Assembly: GCA_963849325.1 (NCBI GenBank)
Contig: CAWKHF010000004.1
Coordinates: forward strand, 384,001-448,000
Direction: 5' to 3'
Source: an uncultured Planctomycetota bacterium
Lineage (GTDB): Bacteria; Planctomycetota; Planctomycetia; Gemmatales; Gemmataceae
Length of the DNA: 64,000 nucleotides
The translations under genes and the position numbers were made by a program. Of this stretch, positions 11,165 through 21,454 are shown in pieces. How positions within the stretch are numbered: the first letter of the stretch is position 1; each line of letters begins with the position of its first letter. The notes below the pieces were generated by a model that was given only the letters and a program-made list of their open reading frames with translations, was not told the origin of the DNA and ran no database searches.

Positions 11165-12124
11165 TCAGCTACCATTCTGTTCCCCGACCCCTGACCCCTC
11201 GGATAAAGCGAGGATCGTCAGCCCGAAGTGGTCGGCCAGGGCGATGGTCTCGGCCTGATCGAGCACAATGGTCTTGTCGGCTTCGATGGCGAGGACGCGG
11301 CCGCCGGCGCGATGCAGGCTCTCGACGGTGGTTCGGCCCACGGTCGGCACGTCGAAGCGCATGTCCTGCCGCGGCTTGGCCACCTTGACGACGACGAAAC
11401 CGCCGGCCCGGCATAGTTGGCCGGCGCGAAGGATGGCCTGATCGGTGCCCTCGATGGCCTCGACGGCGAGCACGGCTCGCTCTTTGACGGCGACACTTTG
11501 GCCGACATCCAGACGGCCCATCTCCTTGGCCATTTCCCAACCGAAGGCGATGTCGCGCTCTTCGCGTGCCGTCGGCGGACGGCGGGTCAGGACTCCGGGA
11601 GGCACGAGCAACTCCGGGCAAAGGGTCAGGGCGCTTTCAAATTGCAGACCATCGCGGGCGAATTCGTCGATGACCGACAGCAGCACCGTATCATCGCGGT
11701 TGTCGCGCCGTTGGCGAAAGTACCACCAGCGCACCGTCCGCCAGTCGGGCAGCAGGGTGAACAGCTTCCAGGGCCGGTGCAGGACGTTGGCCTTGTGTAC
11801 CTTGCCGGCCATGACGACTTGCTGGACGCCTTCGCGCTTGAATAGGCGGATCGTGCGGCCGAGCTGGGCCGGCCCGGTCCAGTGGAAGCGCCGTACCAGC
11901 CAGGCCAACTCCGGCGACGCTTCGCCGCGGATGCCCACGCACACGACCGGCAACCCCAGGCTGCGCGCCTTCTCGGCAAAGGCGATGGGGAATCGTCCCC
12001 AGCCGGCCAGCAGCCCGATCGGCCTTTGACAAGGTGACAAGGTGACAAGGTGACAAGGTGACAAGGAGAAGGAATGACCCGATTTATCCGTGAGCGAGTC
12101 CCCGTCATTCATTTCCATGCCCAT
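11165..12124 (-). CDS. lpxI: UDP-2,3-diacylglucosamine diphosphatase LpxI (start uncertain)
   Basis: IGLLAGWGRFP, DVGQSV, AVEAIEGTD, KPRQDMRFDVPTVG; adjacent to lpxD. Confidence 0.9.
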   Translation of the reverse strand: MGMEMNDGDSLTDKSGHSFSLSPCHLVTLSPCQRPIGLLAGWGRFPIAFAEKARSLGLPVVCVGIRGEASPELAWLVRRFHWTGPAQLGRTIRLFKREGVQQVVMAGKVHKANVLHRPWKLFTLLPDWRTVRWWYFRQRRDNRDDTVLLSVIDEFARDGLQFESALTLCPELLVPPGVLTRRPPTAREERDIAFGWEMAKEMGRLDVGQSVAVKERAVLAVEAIEGTDQAILRAGQLCRAGGFVVVKVAKPRQDMRFDVPTVGRTTVESLHRAGGRVLAIEADKTIVLDQAETIALADHFGLTILALSEGSGVGEQNGS

Positions 12125-12176
12125 ATCGCCAACTCGACCCTTCTTCACCTTGTCACCTTGTCACCTTGTCACCTTG

Positions 12177-13223
12177 TCATCCGGCGAGACCGAGTTGCTG
12201 CTTCACCTGGCGGACGTCGCGGCACAATTCGGGCAGGCGTCCGAGGCTGAGCAGAATACGTTTTTCCTCGCTCTCCGGCCGGGCGGGCGCGCCGAGCATG
12301 CGCTCGCCGGCCGGCACGTCGCGGACGACGCCGGAACGCGCGCCGATGACGGCCTGATCGTCGATGTGGACGTGGTCGGCGACGCCGACCTGCCCGGCCA
12401 GGACGACGTAATCGCCGCTGCTGCACGAGCCGGCGATGCCCACCTGGCTGACGAACAGATTGTGTTTGCCGATCTGGCAGTTGTGGCCGATCTGCACGAG
12501 GTTGTCGATCTTGGTCCCCGCGCCGATGCGCGTGGCCTGGAAGGTGCCGCGGTCGATGGTCGTGCCGGCGCCGATCTCGACATCGTCGCCGACCTCGACG
12601 CTGCCGAACTGCGGCATCTTGACGTGCCGGCCGTTCTGGAAACGATAGCCGAAGCCATCGGCCCCGAGGACGGCGTTGGCATGGATGATGACGCGATCGC
12701 CGAGCACGGTACCATCGTACAGGACCGCGTGCGGATGCAGGACGACGTCGTCGCCGAGCCGGCAGTTTCGTCCGACGACCGCGCCGCTGAGGAGACGACA
12801 GCGGGCGCCGATGACGCTGTCCTCGCCGACCGAGGCGAACGGATGCAGGGTGGCGTCCGGCCCGATCCGGGCCGTGGGGTGGATGGCGGCGCGGGGGTCG
12901 ATGCTCGGCGGCGGCAGCGCCGGCTGACCGTGCAGGTGGTGAACGATGGCGACGAAGGCCGTCAGCGGATCGCTCACTTCGATGAAGGTGAGGGCCATCC
13001 CGTCGGCGCCGGGCAGTTCGTGCCGGCGGACGACCAGCGACGCAGGCACGACCGCAGTGCGGGCCTTGCACGTTTTCAGATGCCGGGCGTTGCGATCGCT
13101 TTCGACGAAGGTGATGTCGTCGGGTCCGGCTTCGTTCATCGGCCGAGCGGCGTGAAGGATACGCTCCTCGCCGTGAACGCGCCCCTGAACCAGGGCCGCC
13201 AGCTGTGAAACGGTGACAGGCAC
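12177..13223 (-). CDS. lpxD: UDP-3-O-(3-hydroxymyristoyl)glucosamine N-acyltransferase
   Basis: [25 protein letters not shown] and hexapeptide repeats. Confidence 0.95.
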   Translation of the reverse strand: MPVTVSQLAALVQGRVHGEERILHAARPMNEAGPDDITFVESDRNARHLKTCKARTAVVPASLVVRRHELPGADGMALTFIEVSDPLTAFVAIVHHLHGQPALPPPSIDPRAAIHPTARIGPDATLHPFASVGEDSVIGARCRLLSGAVVGRNCRLGDDVVLHPHAVLYDGTVLGDRVIIHANAVLGADGFGYRFQNGRHVKMPQFGSVEVGDDVEIGAGTTIDRGTFQATRIGAGTKIDNLVQIGHNCQIGKHNLFVSQVGIAGSCSSGDYVVLAGQVGVADHVHIDDQAVIGARSGVVRDVPAGERMLGAPARPESEEKRILLSLGRLPELCRDVRQVKQQLGLAG

Positions 13224-13377
13224 TTGTCTGCGCCCCTTTCTGCCGTGAAAGGCGCACTCCGCCCGTCCGTGGGCTGGAGTGAAGCGGCGCGATCATAACT
13301 CGCCGCTCCGTCCGCGTCCATGCGAATTCAGCCCACCAGCTTCTTGGACTTTGATCCGACCTAGCGGGCCGCGGTAA

Positions 13378-14325
13378 TCAGGTGAGTAGCGGCTTGATGA
13401 AGATGTTTCGCCAGCGGCAGACCGCGCCGGGGGCCCAACGGTCTTTACCCAGCTTGTCGTTGGGACCGTTGCTATGCACCTCCAACGACAAGTGTCCGCG
13501 CCGGCCCAGGCGCTCCAGAACGGCTTTCTTGTCGTAGCCAGGCCATTCAATCTTCGCGGTGTCCATCGCGCAGATCTTCGTGCCGTTGATCCAGGTCGTC
13601 AGGCGGGGAAGTTCCCCTTCACTGCGAATCTTGAATGTATTCCACGTGCCAAACTTCCAGGTCTTCAAGAACTCTTCCACCGGGGCCGCATACGTCAAGA
13701 GACGACGCTTGTCCTCCGTTACCGGCCGAAACGCCTTCTTGGGGTCCGACTCTTTCAAGCCAAAGGGTCGCCCTTGGTCATCGCGCACGGCCGTGAAACA
13801 GTACGGAAGAGCGTGAAAGTTTCCCAACCCATTGCCGTAGAAGCCGCCGATGCCACCGTCCTTGCGATGGTCGATCAGGATCTGAAAGCCGACATTTCCG
13901 GCGGGCGTGGTACGAACCAACACCCCCGTGTCTACGGACCAATCGGGGTTGGCATCAATCAGCAACTCAAAGTCGTCGAAGGCTTCGTCGGACACGAGAT
14001 AGCCGCCCAGCCCGGAAGCGGGCGGATCTTGCTCACCGATCAGGATGCCGTCTTGGACGGTCCAATGGCCACGGCTGTGCAGGGTTTTTTCGTAAAGAGC
14101 AACCTTCTCCGCCGGGGCGTTTTTCGGCGGCTTGGGGCTGGGTCGCGGCATAGCCTGCCAACCCGTAAGGGTCTTGCCGTCAAACAGACTGCGAAAGCCT
14201 TCGGGGATCCCTGGGGACGAGTCAGCGCCGACAGAGCTTTTGTCGCGGCACCCCAACACCAACCCCGAGACAACCAGAGCAGAACTGGTTTGCAGAAACC
14301 GACGACGCGACGTTTTCCCGTTCAT
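13378..14325 (-). CDS. DUF1080 (3-keto-disaccharide hydrolase-like) protein with Tat signal
   Basis: SRRRFL; FRSLFDGKTLTGW; WNTFKI; WRNIFIKPL. Confidence 0.85.
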   Translation of the reverse strand: MNGKTSRRRFLQTSSALVVSGLVLGCRDKSSVGADSSPGIPEGFRSLFDGKTLTGWQAMPRPSPKPPKNAPAEKVALYEKTLHSRGHWTVQDGILIGEQDPPASGLGGYLVSDEAFDDFELLIDANPDWSVDTGVLVRTTPAGNVGFQILIDHRKDGGIGGFYGNGLGNFHALPYCFTAVRDDQGRPFGLKESDPKKAFRPVTEDKRRLLTYAAPVEEFLKTWKFGTWNTFKIRSEGELPRLTTWINGTKICAMDTAKIEWPGYDKKAVLERLGRRGHLSLEVHSNGPNDKLGKDRWAPGAVCRWRNIFIKPLLT

Positions 14326-14383
14326 GGTCGTTCTCCCCTCCTGTATTCGAGAGGCTGGGATCCGCCACCCAAACTCCCAGAAA

Positions 14384-15298
14384 CTATTCGCGCACCAGCT
14401 TCTTGAGGGCGTCGATGTGGCGCGGCACCGCCGTGCGGGCGTCCTCGGCGGCTTCGTACTCCAGGGCGACGTAACCGCGATACTCGACCTGGCGCAGGAT
14501 GTCGATCAGGCGTTTCAGGTCCGCGTCTTCCGGCTTCTTCATGCCGGCCCGATGGATCTCGGTCTTGAGCTGCACCGTTACGGCGTAAGGGGCCAGCTTC
14601 GCCAGGTCGGCGTAGGGATCGGCGGTGTGGAAGTTGCCCGTGTCGAGGTTGACGCCGAACCAGTCATGCTTGACCGCCCTGACCAGCGCCAGAACCTGCT
14701 CGGCCGTTCCCGTGATGCCACCGTGATTCTCCAGAGCGAGGAAGACACCATGGCGGGCGGCGTGATCGCACGCTTCCTGGATGGCCGCGATACAGCGCTG
14801 GCGGGCCTTGTCTTCGCTGTCGCCCTTGACCACGTTGCCGGCGAAAATGCGCATGGTCTTGGCGCCGAGGCGGGCGCTGTGCTCGATCCATTGCTTGACG
14901 GAATCGATCTGCTCCTTGAGCTTATCGGCGTCGGCCACGCAGAAATTGTTGCCGACCGCCGTTCCGCTCACGTCCAGACCGAGGCGTGTGCAATGCCCCT
15001 TGAGGTGCGCTAGGTAGTCCGGCGTCGTTTGCGGGAAGTAGTAGGCGGTCAGCTCGACAGCGTCGAGGTCCATACCGGCGGCAAGGTCGATGAAGTCGTC
15101 GAGCGTCATCGCCGGTTTCGGCTTGCGCTTGAGATCGAGCGCCTGCCGGAAGCTATAGGCGGCAAGGCTGAGACGGATGCGAGATGGTCCACTGCGGCGG
15201 ATCGGCTCGATGGCCCCGGCGGAACCGGCGCCGAGGGCCAATCCGGTGCCGGCGAACAGCGACGAATGCAGGAACTGGCGGCGTGTCGTGGTGTTCAT
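14384..15298 (-). CDS. Sugar phosphate isomerase/epimerase (xylose isomerase-like TIM barrel) with Tat signal
   Basis: TRRQFL; LALENHGG, NLDTGNF, YRGYVALEYE. Confidence 0.88.
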   Translation of the reverse strand: MNTTTRRQFLHSSLFAGTGLALGAGSAGAIEPIRRSGPSRIRLSLAAYSFRQALDLKRKPKPAMTLDDFIDLAAGMDLDAVELTAYYFPQTTPDYLAHLKGHCTRLGLDVSGTAVGNNFCVADADKLKEQIDSVKQWIEHSARLGAKTMRIFAGNVVKGDSEDKARQRCIAAIQEACDHAARHGVFLALENHGGITGTAEQVLALVRAVKHDWFGVNLDTGNFHTADPYADLAKLAPYAVTVQLKTEIHRAGMKKPEDADLKRLIDILRQVEYRGYVALEYEAAEDARTAVPRHIDALKKLVRE

Positions 15299-15472
15299 GG
15301 GGATGGAGACTCCTGGTGGGGGATCGCAGGCGAGCAGACAGGGAGAGTATATATCGATTCCGGCGAACGGGGACGGCGGCTGGCGGACAAAACGAGCCGC
15401 GACCGTCAGGGAGCGGAGAAAGCCTCGCTCCCTGATGGTCGCGGCTCGGACAGCGTCACGCCGTTCCCCCGG

Positions 15473-17059
15473 TCAGTGGCGGACGTCCGCTTCGATAGCC
15501 CAGAGGAGTTCGTACCAGTCGGCGCTCTCGTCGCCGGCATCCAGCCCCGTCAGCTCACGCAGGGCAAACAGGACGGCGTCGCGCTGCGGATAGGACGCGG
15601 GGCCGGATTTGCGGGACTTTTTCTCCTGTGCCGCTTGCTCCTCGGCCGTCAACTCGCGGGTGCGCACCATGTAATCGAAGCGCTGCCATCGGGGCCAGCG
15701 GTCGGGTTTGGATACCTCCTCAATCATGGAAAAATCCTGACGCAGGTAGGTTACATCCGCCCGCACGAAATCGCCCCTTCGGTCTTCATAGTACAAGCGC
15801 GGCAGGGGTTTGCCTGGTACAGGCACCACCCCACGCAGCGGATCGCCCCGCGCCGTCGAGGGGGCGTGACACAGCAGACAGTTCCGCAGATGATTGACGC
15901 GCACCAACTCCCGAACCATCCATTTCCCGCTCCTGTCTCGAAGCGGCGCGCACGGATCGGGTTCGTCGAGCAGGTCCACCAGGGGATAGAGCGTTTCTCG
16001 ATCGTCCAGTGCCACCAACGCCTCGGCGGCGTGAGCGGCGACGGGAGGCCACGGGTAACGGAACCCGCCCAGCAGCACCTCGCGGTACTCCTCACGCGGC
16101 CGCCCTTTTAGGGCGTCGATGGCTTTCTCACGGACTTCCCAGGTGACATCGAATAAAGCTTGACGTGCGAGAAGTTTGCTGGCCTTGACCCCGTTGACCT
16201 TCTCGATAAGCTCGACCAATCCTCGCCGGACGTCCGGTTGTTCCGCCTGAATCATTTGCACCATCGTGGACAGGGCGTCATCCTGGAACCATTCCTTCCG
16301 CTCGGCCAGAGATGGCGCCAGGTGCATGACGTTGTAATAACCATCGTGAGCGAAGCTAAGCGAGCGAGGTTGGATGAATTTCTGCAGCCCGCGTGAGATC
16401 GCCTCCCTTTTCCGGGCCGTCTTCGCCCCGGCCTGGCAATCGGCCTCTCCGATCAAGGGCAGTCCTTTCAAGTCTGCGCACTGGCGGCACAAGGCCAGAA
16501 TCGGGGAAAAGACTGTCTTGTCCTTGCCAGCCTCGGCCAGCAATTTCTCGCGCGTCCCTTTAACGCTCTCCAGGTCCACCTCGTTCGCGTGTTTGGGGAG
16601 GCTTCGCAGGAGGACTTCTTCAGACAAATCGAATCGCTTGACCGACGGAGGCGTCGGCCCTTCCACCCTCGGACCTTGGGGTATCGGCTCTGGCGCGGGC
16701 GTCGGCTTGGCCGCGACAGGGGTGGGAGCGACGATGGCGGCCGGCTTGTTGCGAGGCTGACCCTCCGCATAGACCGGAAGAGGAGTGACGGCCTCTTTGG
16801 GCGGCACGTAGCTTGCGATGCGCCGCATGGGCACAGCCACGGGGGCGACGTTCACCGGCTCCGCGGCCGCTGGGATTGGCCGCGCCGCGACCGTGTCTTT
16901 GGCGGCATCCCCTTTCATCCCGGCGACGCAGGCCAGCACGAGCGGCACGGCCAACAGTAGAAACGACAGTCCCGCCACGGTTACGAGCAGCGGCCAGTTC
17001 ACCACGGTCTCCAGATCGGTCTTCGCCGAAGCGGACGGGGAGCGACAGGACATCGACAT
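15473..17059 (-). CDS. Membrane-anchored HEAT-repeat protein with a CxxCH motif
   Basis: N-terminal TM helix, Pro-rich linker, HEAT-like helices, RVNHLRNCLLCH. Confidence 0.65.
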   Translation of the reverse strand: MSMSCRSPSASAKTDLETVVNWPLLVTVAGLSFLLLAVPLVLACVAGMKGDAAKDTVAARPIPAAAEPVNVAPVAVPMRRIASYVPPKEAVTPLPVYAEGQPRNKPAAIVAPTPVAAKPTPAPEPIPQGPRVEGPTPPSVKRFDLSEEVLLRSLPKHANEVDLESVKGTREKLLAEAGKDKTVFSPILALCRQCADLKGLPLIGEADCQAGAKTARKREAISRGLQKFIQPRSLSFAHDGYYNVMHLAPSLAERKEWFQDDALSTMVQMIQAEQPDVRRGLVELIEKVNGVKASKLLARQALFDVTWEVREKAIDALKGRPREEYREVLLGGFRYPWPPVAAHAAEALVALDDRETLYPLVDLLDEPDPCAPLRDRSGKWMVRELVRVNHLRNCLLCHAPSTARGDPLRGVVPVPGKPLPRLYYEDRRGDFVRADVTYLRQDFSMIEEVSKPDRWPRWQRFDYMVRTRELTAEEQAAQEKKSRKSGPASYPQRDAVLFALRELTGLDAGDESADWYELLWAIEADVRH

Positions 17060-17278
17060 GGGGCTGCCTCCTTGATCGAAGTGGGGCGAAGGGATCGCCG
17101 CAACAAGAGACTCTTCCCCGAGAAGACGTTACCTTTCGTCCAGCGTACCCGCCGCCGGCGCGGAAGGATAGAAAAATCGGCAGCGATTCCGGCGGCGAGG
17201 GGCTTGCGGTCTTCCGGCGGGTTTCAGTACACTTCTGTCAGTCGTCGTCTGCCGGAGCTGATGCAAGGAAGAACGTCC

Positions 17279-17791
17279 ATGTCCTTTACGCCGTTCCACC
17301 TGTATTTTGATGACGTGGAAGTCGGGCAGGAGTGGGAATCGCTCGGCCGCACCCTCACCGAGGCGGACATCGTCAACTTCGCCGGACTGAGTGGAGATTT
17401 CAACCCCATCCACATCGATCACGAATTCGCCGTCACGACGCCGTTCCGCCGACCGATCGCGCACGGCCTGCTGGTCCTGTCGGTGGCCAGCGGCCTGGGG
17501 CTGTACAGTCCGCCCATGCGGACGCTGGCATTTCTCGCCATCCGCGAATGGCACTTCCGGGGCCCCGTTTTCGTCGGCGACACGCTCCGCGTCCGCGTCA
17601 AGGTGATCGGCAAGGAGGTTCGCTCGCGCGGACGGCGCGGCGAGATCACCTGGCAGCGGCAGGTACACAACCAGCAACGTCAGGTCGTTCAGGAGGGGAT
17701 TACCGTCACCCTCGTCGAAGGCCGGGCCGCCCGCGGCGCGTCCTGCACCGGCGAGGAATCGTCCGAGGCGGCGACCCCGAGTCCGCCATGA
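17279..17791 (+). CDS. MaoC-like dehydratase
   Basis: FAGLSGDFNPIHID, IAHGLL, PVFVGDTL. Confidence 0.9.
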   Translation: MSFTPFHLYFDDVEVGQEWESLGRTLTEADIVNFAGLSGDFNPIHIDHEFAVTTPFRRPIAHGLLVLSVASGLGLYSPPMRTLAFLAIREWHFRGPVFVGDTLRVRVKVIGKEVRSRGRRGEITWQRQVHNQQRQVVQEGITVTLVEGRAARGASCTGEESSEAATPSPP

Positions 17792-17846
17792 ACGAGTGCT
17801 TGCTCGCCCGCTCCCTGGTTTCTCGCCCCCAAGGAAGGTGACTATC

Positions 17847-18749
17847 GTGTCCTTGCTCGTGGTTGGTTCCATCGCCTTCGATTCCATTGAAACGCCCGGC
17901 GGCACCGTGGACGACATCCTCGGCGGCTCTGCGTCACACTTCGCGGTGGCGGCGAGTTTCTTCACCCCACCGCGCCTGGTGGGCGTCGTCGGCGAGGACT
18001 TTCCCGACGAGCACCGTCGCCTCTTCGCCGCGCGCGGCATCGACACGACCGGCCTGGTGACGGCTAAGGGACAGACCTTCCGCTGGAAGGGCCGTTACCA
18101 CGACGACATGAACACGCGCGACACGCTGGAAGTCCACCTGAACGTCTTTGGTACGTTCGAGCCGGTGCTGCCGCCGAGCTTCCGCGATAGCACACACGTC
18201 TTCCTGGCCAACGGCAGTCCGACCTTGCAGGCGCGCGTTCTCGAACAGGTGCCTCGGCCGCGGGCCGTCTTCGCCGACACGATGGACCTGTGGATCGACA
18301 CGCAGCGCAAGGACCTGCTCGCCCTGCTGCCGCGCCTGGACGGCCTGCTGCTCAACGATAGCGAGGCCCGGCAACTGACAGGCGAAACGAACCTGGTGCG
18401 TGCCGGCCATGCCGTGCGCCGGCTCGGGCCGAAGTTCGTCATCCTCAAGAAAGGCGAGCACGGGGCCATGCTTTTCGGCGAGGACGGCACCTTCGTCGCC
18501 CCGGCCTATCCGTCAGCCAACGTCGTCGATCCGACCGGCGCTGGCGACGCCTTCGCCGGCGGCGTGCTCGGCCACCTGGCCGAGACGCAGGCGGCGCCGA
18601 CGCCGGCCGTCCTGCGCCGCGCCATGGCCTATGGCACCGTGATCGGCAGCCTGATTGTCGAGGGCTTCGGGCTGGATCGCCTCAAGGGTAGCGACCGCCG
18701 CGAGATCGACGGTCGGCTGGACGAATACCGCAAGATGCTCTCATTTTGA
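17847..18749 (+). CDS. PfkB family carbohydrate kinase
   Basis: LGGSA, KKGEHGA, DPTGAGDAFAGG. Confidence 0.92.
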   Translation: MSLLVVGSIAFDSIETPGGTVDDILGGSASHFAVAASFFTPPRLVGVVGEDFPDEHRRLFAARGIDTTGLVTAKGQTFRWKGRYHDDMNTRDTLEVHLNVFGTFEPVLPPSFRDSTHVFLANGSPTLQARVLEQVPRPRAVFADTMDLWIDTQRKDLLALLPRLDGLLLNDSEARQLTGETNLVRAGHAVRRLGPKFVILKKGEHGAMLFGEDGTFVAPAYPSANVVDPTGAGDAFAGGVLGHLAETQAAPTPAVLRRAMAYGTVIGSLIVEGFGLDRLKGSDRREIDGRLDEYRKMLSF

Positions 18750-18761
18750 GCCGGAGAGATC

Positions 18762-19337
18762 ATGGCGCGTCTGCGAACCTTCCTGGCGGTCGATGTGGGC
18801 AAGGCCATCCGCGACCGCTGCGTCGCCCTACAAGAGACGCTGGCCCGTTCCGGCACGGACGTCAAGTGGGTTGAGGAAGAGAACTTGCACGTCACGCTGC
18901 TGTTTCTCGGTGAGGTCGTGGACCGCGACGTACCAGCCCTGTGCCGTGCCGTTGCCGATTGCTGCGCCGAACACGATGAGTTCGCCTTGTGCGTGGAGAC
19001 GGTCGGCTGTTTCCCCAATCCGCGCCGGCCGCGCGTCGTCTGGGCCGGCGTCGGCGCGGGCGGCGCCGAGCTGATCGCGCTGCACGACGCCCTGGAGTCG
19101 CCGCTGCTGGAACTGGGTTGCTATCGCCGCGAAGCCCGCCAGTACACGCCCCACATCACCCTGGGGCGCGTCAAGAGCGATCGGCCGACGGACGCCCTGG
19201 CCGCCGCGCTGGCCCGGCAGGCGAAGTGGCACGGCGGCGAGACGACGGTGCGCGAGCTTCACGTCCTCAGTAGCGAACTGAGGCCGCAAGGCCCGGTGTA
19301 CACCGTGCTTAGTCGGGCCAAGCTGCGGAATCGCTAA
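18762..19337 (+). CDS. thpR: RNA 2',3'-cyclic phosphodiesterase (2H family)
   Basis: RTFLAV, HVTL and PHITLGR 2H motifs. Confidence 0.9.
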   Translation: MARLRTFLAVDVGKAIRDRCVALQETLARSGTDVKWVEEENLHVTLLFLGEVVDRDVPALCRAVADCCAEHDEFALCVETVGCFPNPRRPRVVWAGVGAGGAELIALHDALESPLLELGCYRREARQYTPHITLGRVKSDRPTDALAAALARQAKWHGGETTVRELHVLSSELRPQGPVYTVLSRAKLRNR

Positions 19338-19357
19338 GGTCCAACGGCGGAGACGGC

Positions 19358-20714
19358 ATGAAGCGCGTGCGCATCGGCAATGGCTGTGGCTTCTGGGGCG
19401 ACAACCTCGACGCCCCGCGCGAGCTGGCCGAACACGGCCGGCTCGACTACCTCACCCTGGAATATCTCGCCGAACTGACCATGTCCATCCTGGCGCTGCA
19501 GAAGCAGCGCCATCCCGAGTCCGGCTACGCCAGCGATTTTCTCGATGTTTTGCAACAGCTCGCGCCCGTCCTTTCGCGCCAGCCCGAATTGAAGATCGTC
19601 ACCAATGCCGGCGGCATGAATCCGCACGGCTGCGCCGTTCGCGCCCGTGCCATCCTCGATCGAGCCGGTTTGTCCGGGCGGCGCATCGCTGTCGTCCACG
19701 GCGACGATCTGCTGCCGCGCATCGACGAGTTGATGGCGCAGGGGCATGTGTTCAGCAACCTCGACACCGGCGAGCCGCTGAGCGCCATCCGCGACCGTCT
19801 CGTCAGTGTCAACGCCTATCTTGGATGTCAACCGATTGTCAGTGCCTTGCGTCAAGGGGCGGACGTGGTCATCACCGGCCGCGTCGCCGATGCCTCGTTG
19901 ACGCTGGGTCCGGCCGTGCATGAGTTCGGCTGGGCGGCGGACGACTGGGACCGTCTATCGGCGGGCACGGTGGCCGGTCATCTCATCGAGTGCGGCGCAC
20001 AAGTCCACCGGCGGCTTGTGGTGTAACTGGCAGGAAACCGACCTCGCCCTGGTCGGCTACCCTATCGCCGATGTCGAGGAGAGCGGCGCGTTCACGATCA
20101 CCAAGCCGCCAGGCAGCGGCGGCGCGGTCAATCCCGAGACGATTGCCGAGCAGCTGCTGTACGAGGTCGGCGATCCGGCCGCGTATCTGACGCCCGACGT
20201 GGTCGCCGACTTCACCAGCGTCCGCCTGACGGAAACCGGACCCGATGAGGTGCGCGTCACCGGGGCGCACGGCAAGCCGGCCACCGATAGTTACAAGGTG
20301 TCGATCGCCTACCGCGATGGCTGGACCGCCAGCGGTACGCTCGTCCTCGCCGGACCCGACGCGGTGACGAAGGCTCGTCGCTGTGGCGACATCCTCTTCG
20401 AGCGCCTGCGCCGCGCCGGCACCCTGCCGCAACATCGCAACATCGAATGCCTGGGCGCCGGCGCTTGTGTACCGGGCGGTCCCCCTGTCACGGACGCTCC
20501 CGAGGTGGTGCTGCGCGTTACGGTGCGCGATGCCGACCGCGCTGTCGTCGAGCGCTTCACCAAGGAGTTCGCCCCACTGGTCACCTCGGGTCCGCCGGGC
20601 GTGACCGGCTACACGACCGGCCGGCCGCCGGTGCGGGAGGTGTTCGCCTACTGGCCGGCGCTGGTGAACAAGAGCGCCGTCGAGCCGAAAATGCAGATGA
20701 TCGGAGGCGACTAA
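19358..20714 (+). CDS. Acyclic terpene utilisation AtuA family protein (DUF1446); frameshift near 20005
   Basis: RIGNGCGFWGD, EYLAELTM, TGRVADAS, GHLIECGAQ, EQLLYEVGDP. Confidence 0.9.
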
Positions 20715-20720
20715 ATCGTC

Positions 20721-21293
20721 ATGTCCTCCGGCGTGGATCAAACTCCGGTCAGTCTGCTCGTTCGCCTGAAGCAACCTGGCGCGGCGGAAGCGTGGACGCG
20801 CTTCGTCTACCTGTTCACGCCGCTGCTCGATCGCTGGGCGCACGCGCTAGGCTTGCAAGACGCCGACGCCGAGGACGTGGTGCAAGACGTTTTCTGCATC
20901 CTGGTCAAACGTCTGCCCGAGTTCGTCTACGATCCCCAGCGCAGCTTCCGCGCCTGGCTGTGGACCATCCTGCGCAATGCCTGGCGCGATCGCCAGCAGC
21001 GACAAAAAATCCCTCTTCTGTCCGCCGCGACGATCGATCGCCGTGCCGCCCCCGATGACATCGACGGGATAACGGAGGAGGAATATCGCCATTTCCTGGC
21101 CGGTCGCGCGCTGCAGATCATGCAGGCCGATTTCGCGCCGACGACATGGCGAGCGTTCTGGGGCGTGGTCGTCGAGGGGCGGCCCGGCGCTGAGGTGGCG
21201 CGGGAACTCGGTGTGTCGGTCAACGCCGTTTACCAGGCCCGTTCGCGCGTTCTCAGTCGGCTGCGTCAAGAACTCGCCGGTCTCGTGTCGTGA
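20721..21293 (+). CDS. ECF RNA polymerase sigma factor
   Basis: TPVSLLVRL, DAEDVVQDV, SFRAWL, VARELGVSVNAVYQARSRVL. Confidence 0.92.
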   Translation: MSSGVDQTPVSLLVRLKQPGAAEAWTRFVYLFTPLLDRWAHALGLQDADAEDVVQDVFCILVKRLPEFVYDPQRSFRAWLWTILRNAWRDRQQRQKIPLLSAATIDRRAAPDDIDGITEEEYRHFLAGRALQIMQADFAPTTWRAFWGVVVEGRPGAEVARELGVSVNAVYQARSRVLSRLRQELAGLVS

Positions 21294-21454
21294 CAAGACA
21301 TTTCGTTTAGCCGCGACGCGCAGCGGAGCGCGTCTCTCCCGCGCTCCGCTGCGCGTCGCGGCTAAACTTTTTCTCGACAGGTTTCGGCCTCGCGGGGGGT
21401 ATAAGGGGTGAAAGTGCCGTGATGTCGCGGTATATACCTCTTCGGAGACTCGCC

